Origin: Clostridia bacterium
GTDB lineage: Bacteria; Bacillota; Clostridia; Oscillospirales; CAG-272
Assembly: GCA_017621085.1 (NCBI GenBank)
Contig: JAGATW010000096.1
Location: 7,283-71,282, forward strand
DNA length: 64,000 nucleotides
Direction: 5' to 3'
The position numbers were made by a program, and so were the translations under genes. Below the pieces are notes generated by a model. That model was not told the DNA's origin. It searched no databases and saw only the letters and a program-made list of their open reading frames with translations. This document shows, piece by piece, positions 1 to 8,896 of this stretch; position 1 is the first letter of the stretch, and each line of letters starts with the position of its first letter.

Positions 1-746
1 CTTGTAGTACCATAGGTTGAGTAGCAAAGGGTTGAATATCGTGTGCCTGAGTATCTGTTTTTGCCCGGAATTTCCCAAAGGGCAAGCTCCTCGGAGTGTC
101 TTGTCCTGTATGCAGAGGCACTTAGCATAGGAATAACGGGGCCTAAAAGATGGTCTATAAACTTATCTATTACATCGGCAGGAATCCAAGGCGCACCTAA
201 GGGAGCATAAATGTCTTCAGTTGCAATGCTTGGCGGCATAACCTCCTGTAATGCATCAAGATTTGCTTGAAAATAGCCCTTATATTTATCGTTTGCACGA
301 CTGGCAGATTTGTACTTTCTTACAAGATTGCCCGAAAGATACTCCTCAGCAGTTTCCCAGCCCTTGTAAAAGCACTCCTCCCACCTGTCCGGGTTTTGAT
401 AAATAGAGCCCTTAAGAGTAGTAATTACAGTTTTTAAATCCTGTCCTGTTATCATAGAAATATATTCAATATCTACACAACCAACATTACAAAGGGATAA
501 AATAAGACCGTCACTTATGCTCTCCGTATAAACGCCGTTTGCACGTGGGTCAAGGGCAAAGGAATTTTCAAAATCCGTTGGTAGGTCCCAAGAGGTTATT
601 TCTTCGATTTGCGCATCATCAAGAGTCAGGTTCTCATTATCTTCAATTATAGTGGGGCCATCATTCTTTTCCTTTATGGTACGCTTTTCGTTGTCACGAA
701 AAATTCTACTTAGCCAATCAAAATTATCAAAGTCGTTTTTGCCCAT
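1..746 (-). CDS. Hypothetical protein, N-terminal 248 codons only (gene runs off the left edge). Possibly the start of a very large conjugative-element helicase/methylase-type protein
   Basis: The minus-strand frame is open from ATG (744-746) to the window edge. I checked every in-phase triplet and found no TTA/CTA/TCA on the + strand. GAGG lies 8 nt upstream. Hand translation starts MGKNDFDNFDWLSRIFRDNEKRTIKEKNDGPTIIEDNENLTLDDAQIEE and ends ...DIYAPLGAPWIPADVIDKFIDHLLGPV... It is missing from the ORF track because it has no stop in the window. The functional guess is from memory of similar N-termini and is unverified. Confidence 0.6.
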   Translation of the reverse strand, partial: MGKNDFDNFDWLSRIFRDNEKRTIKEKNDGPTIIEDNENLTLDDAQIEEITSWDLPTDFENSFALDPRANGVYTESISDGLILSLCNVGCVDIEYISMITGQDLKTVITTLKGSIYQNPDRWEECFYKGWETAEEYLSGNLVRKYKSASRANDKYKGYFQANLDALQEVMPPSIATEDIYAPLGAPWIPADVIDKFIDHLLGPVIPMLSASAYRTRHSEELALWEIPGKNRYSGTRYSTLCYSTYGTT

Positions 747-822
747 AATTTAACCTCTTTCTTTAGTATAAATTATTATATCATATTAAAAGGAAGAATA
801 TTAACAATTTAAGTTGAAATTT

Positions 823-866
823 GTAAAAAAATAGGGGGCTGTGATTAAAAGGCTACACAGTCCCCT
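823..866 (-). terminator. Rho-independent terminator after the small Cys-rich gene
   Basis: 10-bp stem (834-843 / 856-865, one G-U pair) followed on the minus strand by TATTTTTTT (824-830). Confidence 0.6.
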
Positions 867-910
867 AAAAAGAAAGGAAAAAAACATTATATCAAAACAA
901 CACCGTGCTA

Positions 911-1105
911 TTACAAGCTACAATAAATTGTGTTTATCAATTTACCATTTTTCTTCTTTTCAAATATAATGCAATGTGTAGCATCTCTTTTTTCGCAAGC
1001 TTCATTACATCCACAGTAGTAGTATATGTCGCAATATTTTCCACCACTTGGTGTTTTACCTATTTTTCTTTCAAAGCCAAAGCATTCAAAATTTTTCATT
1101 TTCAT
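911..1105 (-). CDS. Small cysteine-rich protein (64 aa), function unknown
   Basis: AAGGAG lies 7 nt upstream of the ATG. It has its own consensus promoter and terminator. The sequence has 7 Cys (FECFGF...YCDIYYYCGCNEACEKRDATHC). Small Cys-rich proteins are common accessory genes of Firmicutes conjugative elements (from memory). Confidence 0.55.
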   Translation of the reverse strand: MKMKNFECFGFERKIGKTPSGGKYCDIYYYCGCNEACEKRDATHCIIFEKKKNGKLINTIYCSL

Positions 1106-1135
1106 AATATCTCCTTGTGGTTTTCTTACACTTGG

Positions 1136-1164
1136 ATTTTAGCATTTTTGTCGTATCTTGTCAA
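1136..1164 (-). promoter_or_regulatory. Sigma-A type promoter for the Cys-rich gene
   Basis: On the minus strand: TTGACA (1164-1159), 17-nt spacer, TAAAAT (1141-1136). Confidence 0.6.
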
Positions 1165-1321
1165 CGGTAATGTGTCCTAAAATCAGTACAGTTAAAGCTG
1201 TGTATAAGCAAACAAGGCAAGAAAAAGCAAGGTAATTTATCAAATGTCCTTATATTAGTACAATTTGCTTGATTTTTTCATCTTGATATGATAAACTAAT
1301 AAAAAAGGGAGGTGCTTTTTT

Positions 1322-2320
1322 ATGAATATTGAAACCACAAGAAAGATTAAGCTGTTAAAAATGTGGGAAATTTTGAAAAGCGAAACCGATGAGGAGCATC
1401 CGATTTCCACAAATGAGCTTATAGCAAGGCTAAAGGAGGAGGGCATAGAGGTTGATAGAAAAATACTCTATACCGATATTGAAATATTAAATCAACACGG
1501 CTTTGAGGTTTTAAAGGACAGGCAAAGGAGCAACAAATATTTTGTTGAGGACAGGTCCTTTAATCAGCCCGAGATAAGAATTTTAATGGATGCTGTACAA
1601 GCGTCTGCCTTTATTACGGAAAAGAAAACCGAGGAGCTTCTTAATAAAATCTCCGTTCTTGCAGGAAGCAAGCGTGGAAATTTGCTAAAGAGCAATATTA
1701 CCAAGTTTTCAACCGTTAAGGGAGTTAACGAAGCAATTTATTATTCTATTGATACAATTGTTCAAGGAATTAAGAAAAAGAAAAAAATATCATTTATTTA
1801 CTCCGAGCATAACGTAAAAAGAGAAAGAGTTTACAAGCTTGACAAGGAAAACCCCGATAAAATAAGGGAATACATAGTTAACCCCGTTACAACAGCTATT
1901 GATAACGGTCAATATTACTTAACCTGCTATGATGATAAGCACGATGGACAGCTTGCCAATTATCGTATTGACAGAATGGACAAGGTTAAGGTTTTAGACG
2001 AGGATATTTCACCAAATCCAAATATTGATATTGCAAAATATAAGCGTCAGCAATTTAATATGTATGGTGGCGACGTTAAAAGGGTGGAGTTTGAAATAGA
2101 AAAGAGCATAATTGATGTTGTGTTTGATAGATTTGGCAATAGTGTTAAAATGTATGAAACAGGAAACGAGAAAATCAAATGTGTAGTTGAGGTGCAACAA
2201 AGCCCAACCTTTATTAGCTGGTGCTGTGCCTTTGATAAAAAGCTAAAGGTATTATCCCCACCGTCAACAATTGAAAAAATCAAGGAGCATTTAAGGACAA
2301 CCCTTGAAATGTACGAATAA
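1322..2320 (+). CDS. WYL-domain transcriptional regulator (wHTH-WYL-WCX architecture)
   Basis: N-terminal wHTH (ISTNELIARLKEEGIEVDRKILYTDIEIL). WYL-type core (YYLTCYDDKHDGQLANYRIDRM). C-terminal extension. GGGAGG RBS 9 nt upstream. Confidence 0.85.
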   Translation: MNIETTRKIKLLKMWEILKSETDEEHPISTNELIARLKEEGIEVDRKILYTDIEILNQHGFEVLKDRQRSNKYFVEDRSFNQPEIRILMDAVQASAFITEKKTEELLNKISVLAGSKRGNLLKSNITKFSTVKGVNEAIYYSIDTIVQGIKKKKKISFIYSEHNVKRERVYKLDKENPDKIREYIVNPVTTAIDNGQYYLTCYDDKHDGQLANYRIDRMDKVKVLDEDISPNPNIDIAKYKRQQFNMYGGDVKRVEFEIEKSIIDVVFDRFGNSVKMYETGNEKIKCVVEVQQSPTFISWCCAFDKKLKVLSPPSTIEKIKEHLRTTLEMYE

Positions 2321-3718
2321 ATGAAAGAATATATTTTTCCTAAAAAAATTAAAGAAATCAATTTAGCCACAGGCACAAATAATCTACTTAAAAAGCAACC
2401 AATGCAAATAGGACTTTGCGAAAGAGAAACAGCCACAATTTCCAAGGACGGCTACATAGTTTTAGACTATGGCAAGGAAATGAATGGTGGAATACGTATT
2501 CTTACCTATTTAGGACAAAGGGTGCGTGTAAGAATACGCTTTGGTGAAAGCCTAAGCGAATGCTATTCCCAGATAGGGGACGAAAAAAACGCAACAAATG
2601 ACCACGCCTTGCGTGATTTTTGTGTGGAACTGCAAAACTATTCCGATATGACCTTTGGTAACACAGGCTTTCGCTTTGTGCGTATAGACTTTTTTGATGA
2701 TGCGCAAATTAAATCCGTTGTTGCCATTAACCATATTTTCAGAGGCAAAATACTGTATAAATATAATGGTAATGACAGAATTATAAAAAACATTTATACC
2801 TGTGCTAAGCGCACAATAGATTTGTGTGCGGGACAGGACTATTTATGGGACGGGGTTAAGCGTGACCGTCTTGTTTGGGTGGGAGATAGCCATCCGGAAA
2901 TGCTTGCGCTAACCACCCTTTACGGTAAAAGCTTAGTGCTTGAACGCTCCCTTGACTTTGTAAAGGACCAAACACCTCTGCCAAATTGGATGAACAATAT
3001 GCCAATGTACTCAATGTGGTGGATAATAATTTTAGCTGATTACTATGAAAAAACAGGGTGCTATGATTATTTAACCAAGCAAATTGATTATTTAGAGGAA
3101 TTAGTTAAATTAATGTCTGAGCATGTCAGCGAAAATGGAGAATTAAAGTATTCCTTTTTGTTTGTGGATTGGCCAACAAGCTCACAGCCTGATGAGGAGG
3201 GTGGAGTAAGAGCAATTAATATAATTGCAATGAAAAAAGCAATTGATATTTTGTCCTTATTTAATAAGGATACCTCATACGCCAAGGAAGCCTTAAACAG
3301 ACTTTTGAAAAAGCCAATTAAGGTACAAAAAAGCAAGCAGGTAGCAGGACTTAAGTATTTTGCCACAGGTCTTGATAATGAGGACAAGGACTTGCTTGTA
3401 AAGAATGGAGCAAGTGGCATGTCAACCTTTATGAGCTACTATATTTTAAAGGCAATAGCTTCCTTTGATAAGGAAAAAGCTATTGAAATTATGAAGGAAT
3501 ACTATGGAAAAATGCTTGAAAAGGGCGCTACCACCTTTTGGGAGGATTTTAACATTGAGTGGGCAAATGGCTCATCAAGAATAGATAAGCTGCCTAAAAA
3601 GGGTCAAAAGGACATTCACGGGGACTTTGGCGCATACTGCTACCGTGGCTTTAGGCATAGCCTTTGCCACGGCTGGTCAGCAGGCGTTTTGCAATTCATT
3701 AAGGAAGAATGTGAATAA
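2321..3718 (+). CDS. GH78-like (alpha-L-rhamnosidase-related) six-hairpin glycosidase, cytoplasmic
   Basis: DGVKRDRLVWVGDSHPEM and C-terminal CHGWSAGV motifs are typical of Bac_rhamnosid6H-type (alpha/alpha)6 catalytic domains. No signal peptide. The ATG directly abuts the WYL stop (TAAATG). Confidence 0.65.
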   Translation: MKEYIFPKKIKEINLATGTNNLLKKQPMQIGLCERETATISKDGYIVLDYGKEMNGGIRILTYLGQRVRVRIRFGESLSECYSQIGDEKNATNDHALRDFCVELQNYSDMTFGNTGFRFVRIDFFDDAQIKSVVAINHIFRGKILYKYNGNDRIIKNIYTCAKRTIDLCAGQDYLWDGVKRDRLVWVGDSHPEMLALTTLYGKSLVLERSLDFVKDQTPLPNWMNNMPMYSMWWIIILADYYEKTGCYDYLTKQIDYLEELVKLMSEHVSENGELKYSFLFVDWPTSSQPDEEGGVRAINIIAMKKAIDILSLFNKDTSYAKEALNRLLKKPIKVQKSKQVAGLKYFATGLDNEDKDLLVKNGASGMSTFMSYYILKAIASFDKEKAIEIMKEYYGKMLEKGATTFWEDFNIEWANGSSRIDKLPKKGQKDIHGDFGAYCYRGFRHSLCHGWSAGVLQFIKEECE

Positions 3719-3762
3719 AATTTGCCACCCTGTGTCAATAAAATGAATAAAAGGAGCAATAA

Positions 3763-4860
3763 ATGAGTAATAGATGGAGTAAGGAAAAAGCTTGGGAATG
3801 GTATAACTCTCGCCCTTGGATAAGAGGCTGCAACTATATGAGCGCTGACTGTGTTAACAGAGTTGACCAATGGCAAGGCTTACATTTCGAGGAAAGAATA
3901 AAAACCACCGAAGAGGAATTAAAGGTAATGCAGGAATTAGGCTATAACTCTGTTAGGCTAATTCTTGAATACGTGGTATGGAAGGAAGAACACGATAGCT
4001 TTCTTGAACGATTTGAAAGATATATCGCCCTTTGCCACAAATACGGAATTTCCTGTATGATTGTTTTGGCAAACGACTGTATGCCACCGAAAACAGAGCT
4101 TTGGAAAATGCCATACATAGGTGAGCAGAGCTATGATTGGGGCTATCACGGTGGCAGAAAGCACTCTCAACACGGTGCGCATAATGGTCCTGCTCCTCAT
4201 TTTTATCTTGATGATGAAGAAAGTGCAAGGGACTACTTTAAAATGGTAGAGGAAATTGTAACTCTTTATAAGGACGATGAGCGCATTTTAATGTGGGACG
4301 TGTTTAATGAGCCCGGCAATAGCAGAAGAAGTGGAATTACATTGCCAATTCTTAAAAAAATGTTTGAGACTGTAAGAAAAGCAAACCCTTCACAGCCAAT
4401 AACAGCAGGTGCTTGGTGCTGTGATAAAAATTGCGAGTTTACAATGCCCGAGGACATATTCTGCATTGAAAACTCTGATATAATTACCTACCATAACTAT
4501 GGTAAATATGAGGAGCATGTAAGAGTTATTAAATACCTTAAAAAATTCGGACGTCCCCTTATAAATACCGAGTGGCTTGCAAGATGCACAGGCAACACAA
4601 TTTTTGAAAACTTTCCGCTTTTCTATCTTGAAAATATCGGTTGCTATAACTGGGGCTTTGTGGCAGGAAAATACCAGACCTATGAGCCATATGAGGCACA
4701 TTGGAATTGGTATAATGAGGACAAGCACGCAGAAATTGATTTTACAAAATGGTTTCATGACCTTTATCGCCCGAGCCTTCGCCCCTATGACCCCCACGAA
4801 ACAGACCTTATTAAAAAATTCTGCACCCTTGCAGACAAGGAGCTTAAACAGCACAAATAA
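3763..4860 (+). CDS. Clan GH-A TIM-barrel glycoside hydrolase (GH5-like, xylanase/mannanase-type annotation class)
   Basis: WDVFNEPGN (acid/base NEP) and LINTEW (nucleophile Glu) spacing is typical of clan GH-A. No signal peptide. AAAGGAG RBS. Confidence 0.6.
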   Translation: MSNRWSKEKAWEWYNSRPWIRGCNYMSADCVNRVDQWQGLHFEERIKTTEEELKVMQELGYNSVRLILEYVVWKEEHDSFLERFERYIALCHKYGISCMIVLANDCMPPKTELWKMPYIGEQSYDWGYHGGRKHSQHGAHNGPAPHFYLDDEESARDYFKMVEEIVTLYKDDERILMWDVFNEPGNSRRSGITLPILKKMFETVRKANPSQPITAGAWCCDKNCEFTMPEDIFCIENSDIITYHNYGKYEEHVRVIKYLKKFGRPLINTEWLARCTGNTIFENFPLFYLENIGCYNWGFVAGKYQTYEPYEAHWNWYNEDKHAEIDFTKWFHDLYRPSLRPYDPHETDLIKKFCTLADKELKQHK

Positions 4861-4889
4861 AATTTGCAATTTGAAAGGAGCTTAACAGG

Positions 4890-6914
4890 ATGAATATTAA
4901 AAATTTATCTGTATTAATGTTGGCTTTTTTAGTCCTTTGCCTGTGCCTTTTCGCTTGCTCCGATAGCAGGGACAATACAGCATCAAGTAGTAATGCCGAA
5001 GAAGGGCAGGACACAGAAGCAAGCAACGATACCATAAAAAGTAGCGACACAGGGTCAAGCAAAAATGATAACGAAGAAGGCAATGACCCTATACCCGACA
5101 AGGAAAACGAGGAATACTTTGTAGCTACTATAATTGAAAATGAAAATGTAGTGGCTAATCCCTATACGTCAAGCATAGAGGTTGATAGTGAACTACAGTC
5201 CATTTACTATTCAGCAAGCACTCCCGGTGGAGAGCCAAAAAATGATGGCACAGGAAATATATGGTTAACCTTAAAGCCACTTAAGGACAATTGCATAGAT
5301 AAGGTAGAGGTAAGAGGAAGCTATTCTTCCATTGAAAACGAAGGCGACGACATATACTGTATATACGGTGTATCATCAAACCTGACAGTTAGCATCAGCA
5401 CCAAGCAATTACCAATCGTACAAAAGGAAATATTTGATGGCTACGGCTACGGAATTTCCGATGATGGAATAATGACAGTTACTTGGAAGGAAAACCCACA
5501 AGACCCAATACGTTATGTGGAGTTAAGCTATTTTGACGGAAGAAGTCGCATTGAATATATAGACGCATCCAAAGGGTCAAAGGAGCTTTTTCTAATGGAG
5601 GAGCATAAGCAATACACAGTATCAATGCGTGCCATCGGCTATTACGGTAAGGGACAGATGGTTGATGTAAAAGGCTGTTATATGAAATCACCAAAGGATG
5701 TGCCGTTTCCAAGAGTTGAAATAACAACTGAAAACTATATATGGCCCGATTGCGATTTTGTACAATCCCCTGAAGGATGCTGGGGCGCAGGTATTACAAA
5801 TGCAGAATATGAGCAATGTGTAATTACTCTTTATAATGAGCAAAACGAGGTTGTATATAGCTCAAGCCTTGATAATGAAAGACCGAATTTTTCAGGTGCA
5901 AAAATGAAAATTCGTGGTAACACAAGCGCACGGTATGCAACTGATTCAAGATATCCATACAAAATCAAATTAAATAAAAAGGCAGATTTGCTATTCCCCC
6001 TTATTGACCGTGAAGAAAAGGAATGCTATAAGGATAAGGACTGGCTACTTCTTAACTATGGTAACGAGGGCTTCCGTATTTTTGGTGATGCAATTGCGGA
6101 TGCAGTAGGCACGGAATGGTCGCCTGATTATTGTTACGTCAGCTTATATGTAAACGGAGAATACAGAGGACTTTATGTATTGTCTGAATCTGTTAAGGAA
6201 GGCAATAAAGAGGGTAATGAACAAAGTCGAGTTAATGTAGAAAAGGATGGTTATGTGTTTGAGTGCGATGCTTATTGGTGGAATGAGACCCTTTCATTTT
6301 CTACTCCGCTAACACAAAACACACCAATGCACTTTACCTTTAAATATCCGGACTCTGACGATATAAATGCGGATTCGAAGGAGCTTATTTATCTAAAAAA
6401 TTACTTAACCGAATTTGAAGAAGCGCTAATGAGAGATGATGACTCATACCTTGACTACATAGACCTTGATTCCTTTGTAAAATGGTTACTTGTGTCTGAC
6501 TTTTTGTGCATAAGCGACGGTGGTGGCTGTAATATATTCCTGTGCAAGGAGGACTCAACAGATAATACCAAACTGGAAATGGGTCCAAACTGGGATTTTG
6601 ACTCATATATGGGAAATGTATATGGACTTTCCACCATTCGTTTAAAATGGGACACAGCACCATTTTACTATCAACACCTAATAGAAAAGGAGTCCTTCCA
6701 AAAAAGATATAGCGAGCTTTTCTGGAAATTAAAGGACACTCTTTATGAAAATATCGAAAAAGAATTTGATAAAATAAATGAGGAGAGCCACACAAGTCTT
6801 TTGCAATACGATAATTTCCGTTTTGGCTCATCCTTTAAAACATTATCGGAGCGCAAGGACAAATTTATTACTTGGCTTGGCGAGCATATTCGTTGGATGG
6901 AAAATCAATTTTAA
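4890..6914 (+). CDS. CotH-family (atypical kinase fold) lipoprotein
   Basis: Signal peptide with lipobox LFAC-S, then an acidic S/D/E/N linker. CotH-type motifs: KMKIRGNTSARY, YPYKIKLNKK, LLLNYGNEGF, YVNGEYRGLYVLSESV. Confidence 0.8.
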   Translation: MNIKNLSVLMLAFLVLCLCLFACSDSRDNTASSSNAEEGQDTEASNDTIKSSDTGSSKNDNEEGNDPIPDKENEEYFVATIIENENVVANPYTSSIEVDSELQSIYYSASTPGGEPKNDGTGNIWLTLKPLKDNCIDKVEVRGSYSSIENEGDDIYCIYGVSSNLTVSISTKQLPIVQKEIFDGYGYGISDDGIMTVTWKENPQDPIRYVELSYFDGRSRIEYIDASKGSKELFLMEEHKQYTVSMRAIGYYGKGQMVDVKGCYMKSPKDVPFPRVEITTENYIWPDCDFVQSPEGCWGAGITNAEYEQCVITLYNEQNEVVYSSSLDNERPNFSGAKMKIRGNTSARYATDSRYPYKIKLNKKADLLFPLIDREEKECYKDKDWLLLNYGNEGFRIFGDAIADAVGTEWSPDYCYVSLYVNGEYRGLYVLSESVKEGNKEGNEQSRVNVEKDGYVFECDAYWWNETLSFSTPLTQNTPMHFTFKYPDSDDINADSKELIYLKNYLTEFEEALMRDDDSYLDYIDLDSFVKWLLVSDFLCISDGGGCNIFLCKEDSTDNTKLEMGPNWDFDSYMGNVYGLSTIRLKWDTAPFYYQHLIEKESFQKRYSELFWKLKDTLYENIEKEFDKINEESHTSLLQYDNFRFGSSFKTLSERKDKFITWLGEHIRWMENQF

Positions 6915-6941
6915 CAAAAATATTCATTATAGGAGATAATT

Positions 6942-7985
6942 ATGCCATTACAAATAATAAGGCAAGATATAACAAAAATTGAATGTGATGCCATAGTCAA
7001 TCCTTCAAATTGTGACTTAGTGCCGAGTGGGGGAGTTGACTTAGCAATTCATAAAGGTGCAGGCAAGGAGCTACTTGAATACTGTAAGGCGATAGGTGGA
7101 TGCAACGCCGGAAAAGCAGTAATTACCCCTGCATTTAAGCTACCCTGTAAATATGTAATACATACCGTAGGTCCACAGTGGAATTGTGAAAATAGTGAAT
7201 ACTGTGTCGCTCTTTTAAAATCTTGCTACCAAGAAAGCTTAACACTTGCCATTAAAAATCAGTGCCAAAGTGTAGCTATGCCGCTTATATCAACAGGGCT
7301 TTATGGCTTCCCACAGGACAAAGCCTTGAAAATTGCAACAGGTGTTATACAGGATTTCCTTTTTGAAAACGAAATGACTGTGTACTTAGTTGTGTACGAT
7401 AAAAAATCATTTACCATAACGGAAAAGATTTTTTCCGACATTAAGCAGTTAATTGACGATGCTTATGTGGATGAGCATTCAGACTATGTAAGAAGCAATG
7501 CTCAATTTTGCAGAAGAGCATCAAGATACGAAAAGAAAATAGAATTATTTGACGTAACAGAAGAAGGCTTGGCAAATGACGATTTTATAGCCGAGTGCAA
7601 AACAATGCTTCCCTGCACATCCTTAGAGGAAATGCTATCGTCAATGGATGAAAGCTTTGCAGTAACTCTTTTAAAGCTTATAGACCTTAAGAAAATGACA
7701 GATGTTGAATGCTATAAAAAGGCAAATGTAAGTAAGCAAACCTGGTACAAAATAATGAATGACAAGGACTACAAGCCAAGTAAAAATACAGTAATTGCTT
7801 TTGCTATTTCTCTTGAATTAACTATTGAGGAAACGGAAAGACTTTTAAAAACTGTTGGCTTTACCCTATCAAAAAGCAATAAATTTGATATAATAATCGA
7901 ATATTTTATACTGAACGAAAATTATAACATATTTGAAATTAATGAAACACTATTCAAATTTGACCAAGTAGGCTTGGGAGTTTGA
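6942..7985 (+). CDS. Macro-domain (ADP-ribose binding/hydrolase, MacroD-type) protein with C-terminal XRE-like HTH
   Basis: DAIVNPSN, GGVDLAIHKGAG, VIHTVGPQW and PLISTGLYGFP motifs. The C-terminus ANVSKQTWYKIMNDKDYKPSKNTVIAFAISLELTIEETERLL looks like a helix-turn-helix. Confidence 0.85.
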   Translation: MPLQIIRQDITKIECDAIVNPSNCDLVPSGGVDLAIHKGAGKELLEYCKAIGGCNAGKAVITPAFKLPCKYVIHTVGPQWNCENSEYCVALLKSCYQESLTLAIKNQCQSVAMPLISTGLYGFPQDKALKIATGVIQDFLFENEMTVYLVVYDKKSFTITEKIFSDIKQLIDDAYVDEHSDYVRSNAQFCRRASRYEKKIELFDVTEEGLANDDFIAECKTMLPCTSLEEMLSSMDESFAVTLLKLIDLKKMTDVECYKKANVSKQTWYKIMNDKDYKPSKNTVIAFAISLELTIEETERLLKTVGFTLSKSNKFDIIIEYFILNENYNIFEINETLFKFDQVGLGV

Positions 7986-8088
7986 TGGTAAATTAGCGAT
8001 TTACCAAAAGATAAAAAGCAAAATGTATAATGTGATTGTAAGGTTGAAAAACCGAGCAATCACATTTTATTTTAAAGGAGAAAAGAAG

Positions 8089-8748
8089 ATGACAGAAAAA
8101 ATTAAGAACGGTGTAACGGAGCTTGTATTCATTTTAGACAAAAGTGGCTCAATGGCAGGAATGGAGAATGACACAATAGGTGGCTTTAACTCAATGATAG
8201 AAAAGCAAAAGGGTGAGGATGGACAGGTGCTTGTTTCCACAGTTATGTTTTCAAACACATCAGAGGTTATACACGATAGAGTAAGCTTAGATGAAATAAA
8301 GCCTCTTACAAAAAATGACTATGTAACAGGTGGAATGACAGCCCTGCTTGATGCCATAGGCGGAGCAATACACCACATAGGCAACATCCATAAGTACGCA
8401 AGAAATGAGGATGTGCCGGAGCATACAATATTCATAATAACAACTGACGGAATGGAAAATGCAAGTCGCAATTACAGTAGCGATAAAATCAAAGCAATGA
8501 TTAAACGCCAAGAGGAAAAATATGGCTGGGAATTCCTTTTTGCAGCAGCCAACATAGATGCTGTTGAAACAGCCGAAAGAATTGGCATTCGTAAGGAAAG
8601 AGCAGCTAATTATGATGTTCCCACAGGAACAGACGTACTGTTTTGCGAAATGGCAGAAACCGTAACAATGTACAGAAAATCGGGAGCAATTCGCGAAAAT
8701 TGGAAGGAAAATATCGAGGCAACCGACAAAAGAAACAAGAAAAAGTAA
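8089..8748 (+). CDS. von Willebrand factor type A (vWA) domain protein, cytoplasmic
   Basis: MIDAS-type DKSGSM ... TTDGMEN. Start placed at ATG 8089 (AAAGGAG 8 nt upstream) rather than the track start 8023, which lacks an RBS. Confidence 0.8.
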   Translation: MTEKIKNGVTELVFILDKSGSMAGMENDTIGGFNSMIEKQKGEDGQVLVSTVMFSNTSEVIHDRVSLDEIKPLTKNDYVTGGMTALLDAIGGAIHHIGNIHKYARNEDVPEHTIFIITTDGMENASRNYSSDKIKAMIKRQEEKYGWEFLFAAANIDAVETAERIGIRKERAANYDVPTGTDVLFCEMAETVTMYRKSGAIRENWKENIEATDKRNKKK

Positions 8749-8759
8749 TATTTTGTAAG

Positions 8760-8790
8760 CACGTCCCAAGGCAAAAACCCTTGGGACGTG
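8760..8790 (+). terminator. Perfect 12-bp hairpin downstream of the vWA gene (possible terminator, no U-tract)
   Basis: CACGTCCCAAGG (8760-8771), 7-nt loop, CCTTGGGACGTG (8779-8790). It is followed by TGGATAAAATG, so it is not a textbook intrinsic terminator. Confidence 0.4.
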
Positions 8791-8804
8791 TGGATAAAAT
8801 GAAA

Positions 8805-8836
8805 GAATGCAAAAAAGCAAGAATGCAAAAAAGCAA
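8805..8836. repeat. Perfect tandem duplication, 16 nt x 2 (GAATGCAAAAAAGCAA)
   Basis: Read directly: 8805-8820 equals 8821-8836. Confidence 0.9.
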
Positions 8837-8859
8837 AGGTAAGCTTAAATACTTTAATC

Positions 8860-8888
8860 TTGACAACTGCTACATAATATGTTATAAT
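8860..8888 (+). promoter_or_regulatory. Consensus sigma-A promoter of LRR paralogue 1
   Basis: TTGACA (8860-8865), 17 nt, TATAAT (8883-8888). Confidence 0.7.
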
Positions 8889-8896
8889 TAACCTGC

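Noticed and set aside
905-1180. 91-aa plus-strand ORF
   Set aside because: It is the antisense shadow of the Cys-rich gene 911..1105, which has the RBS, promoter and terminator. The product is hydrophobic and F/S-rich with no RBS.
6942-8748. Macro-domain protein plus neighbour as a DarT/DarG toxin-antitoxin pair
   Set aside because: The neighbour is a vWA protein with a MIDAS motif, not a DarT (DUF4433-type) ADP-ribosyltransferase. The macro protein's C-terminus is an HTH rather than a DarT-binding domain.
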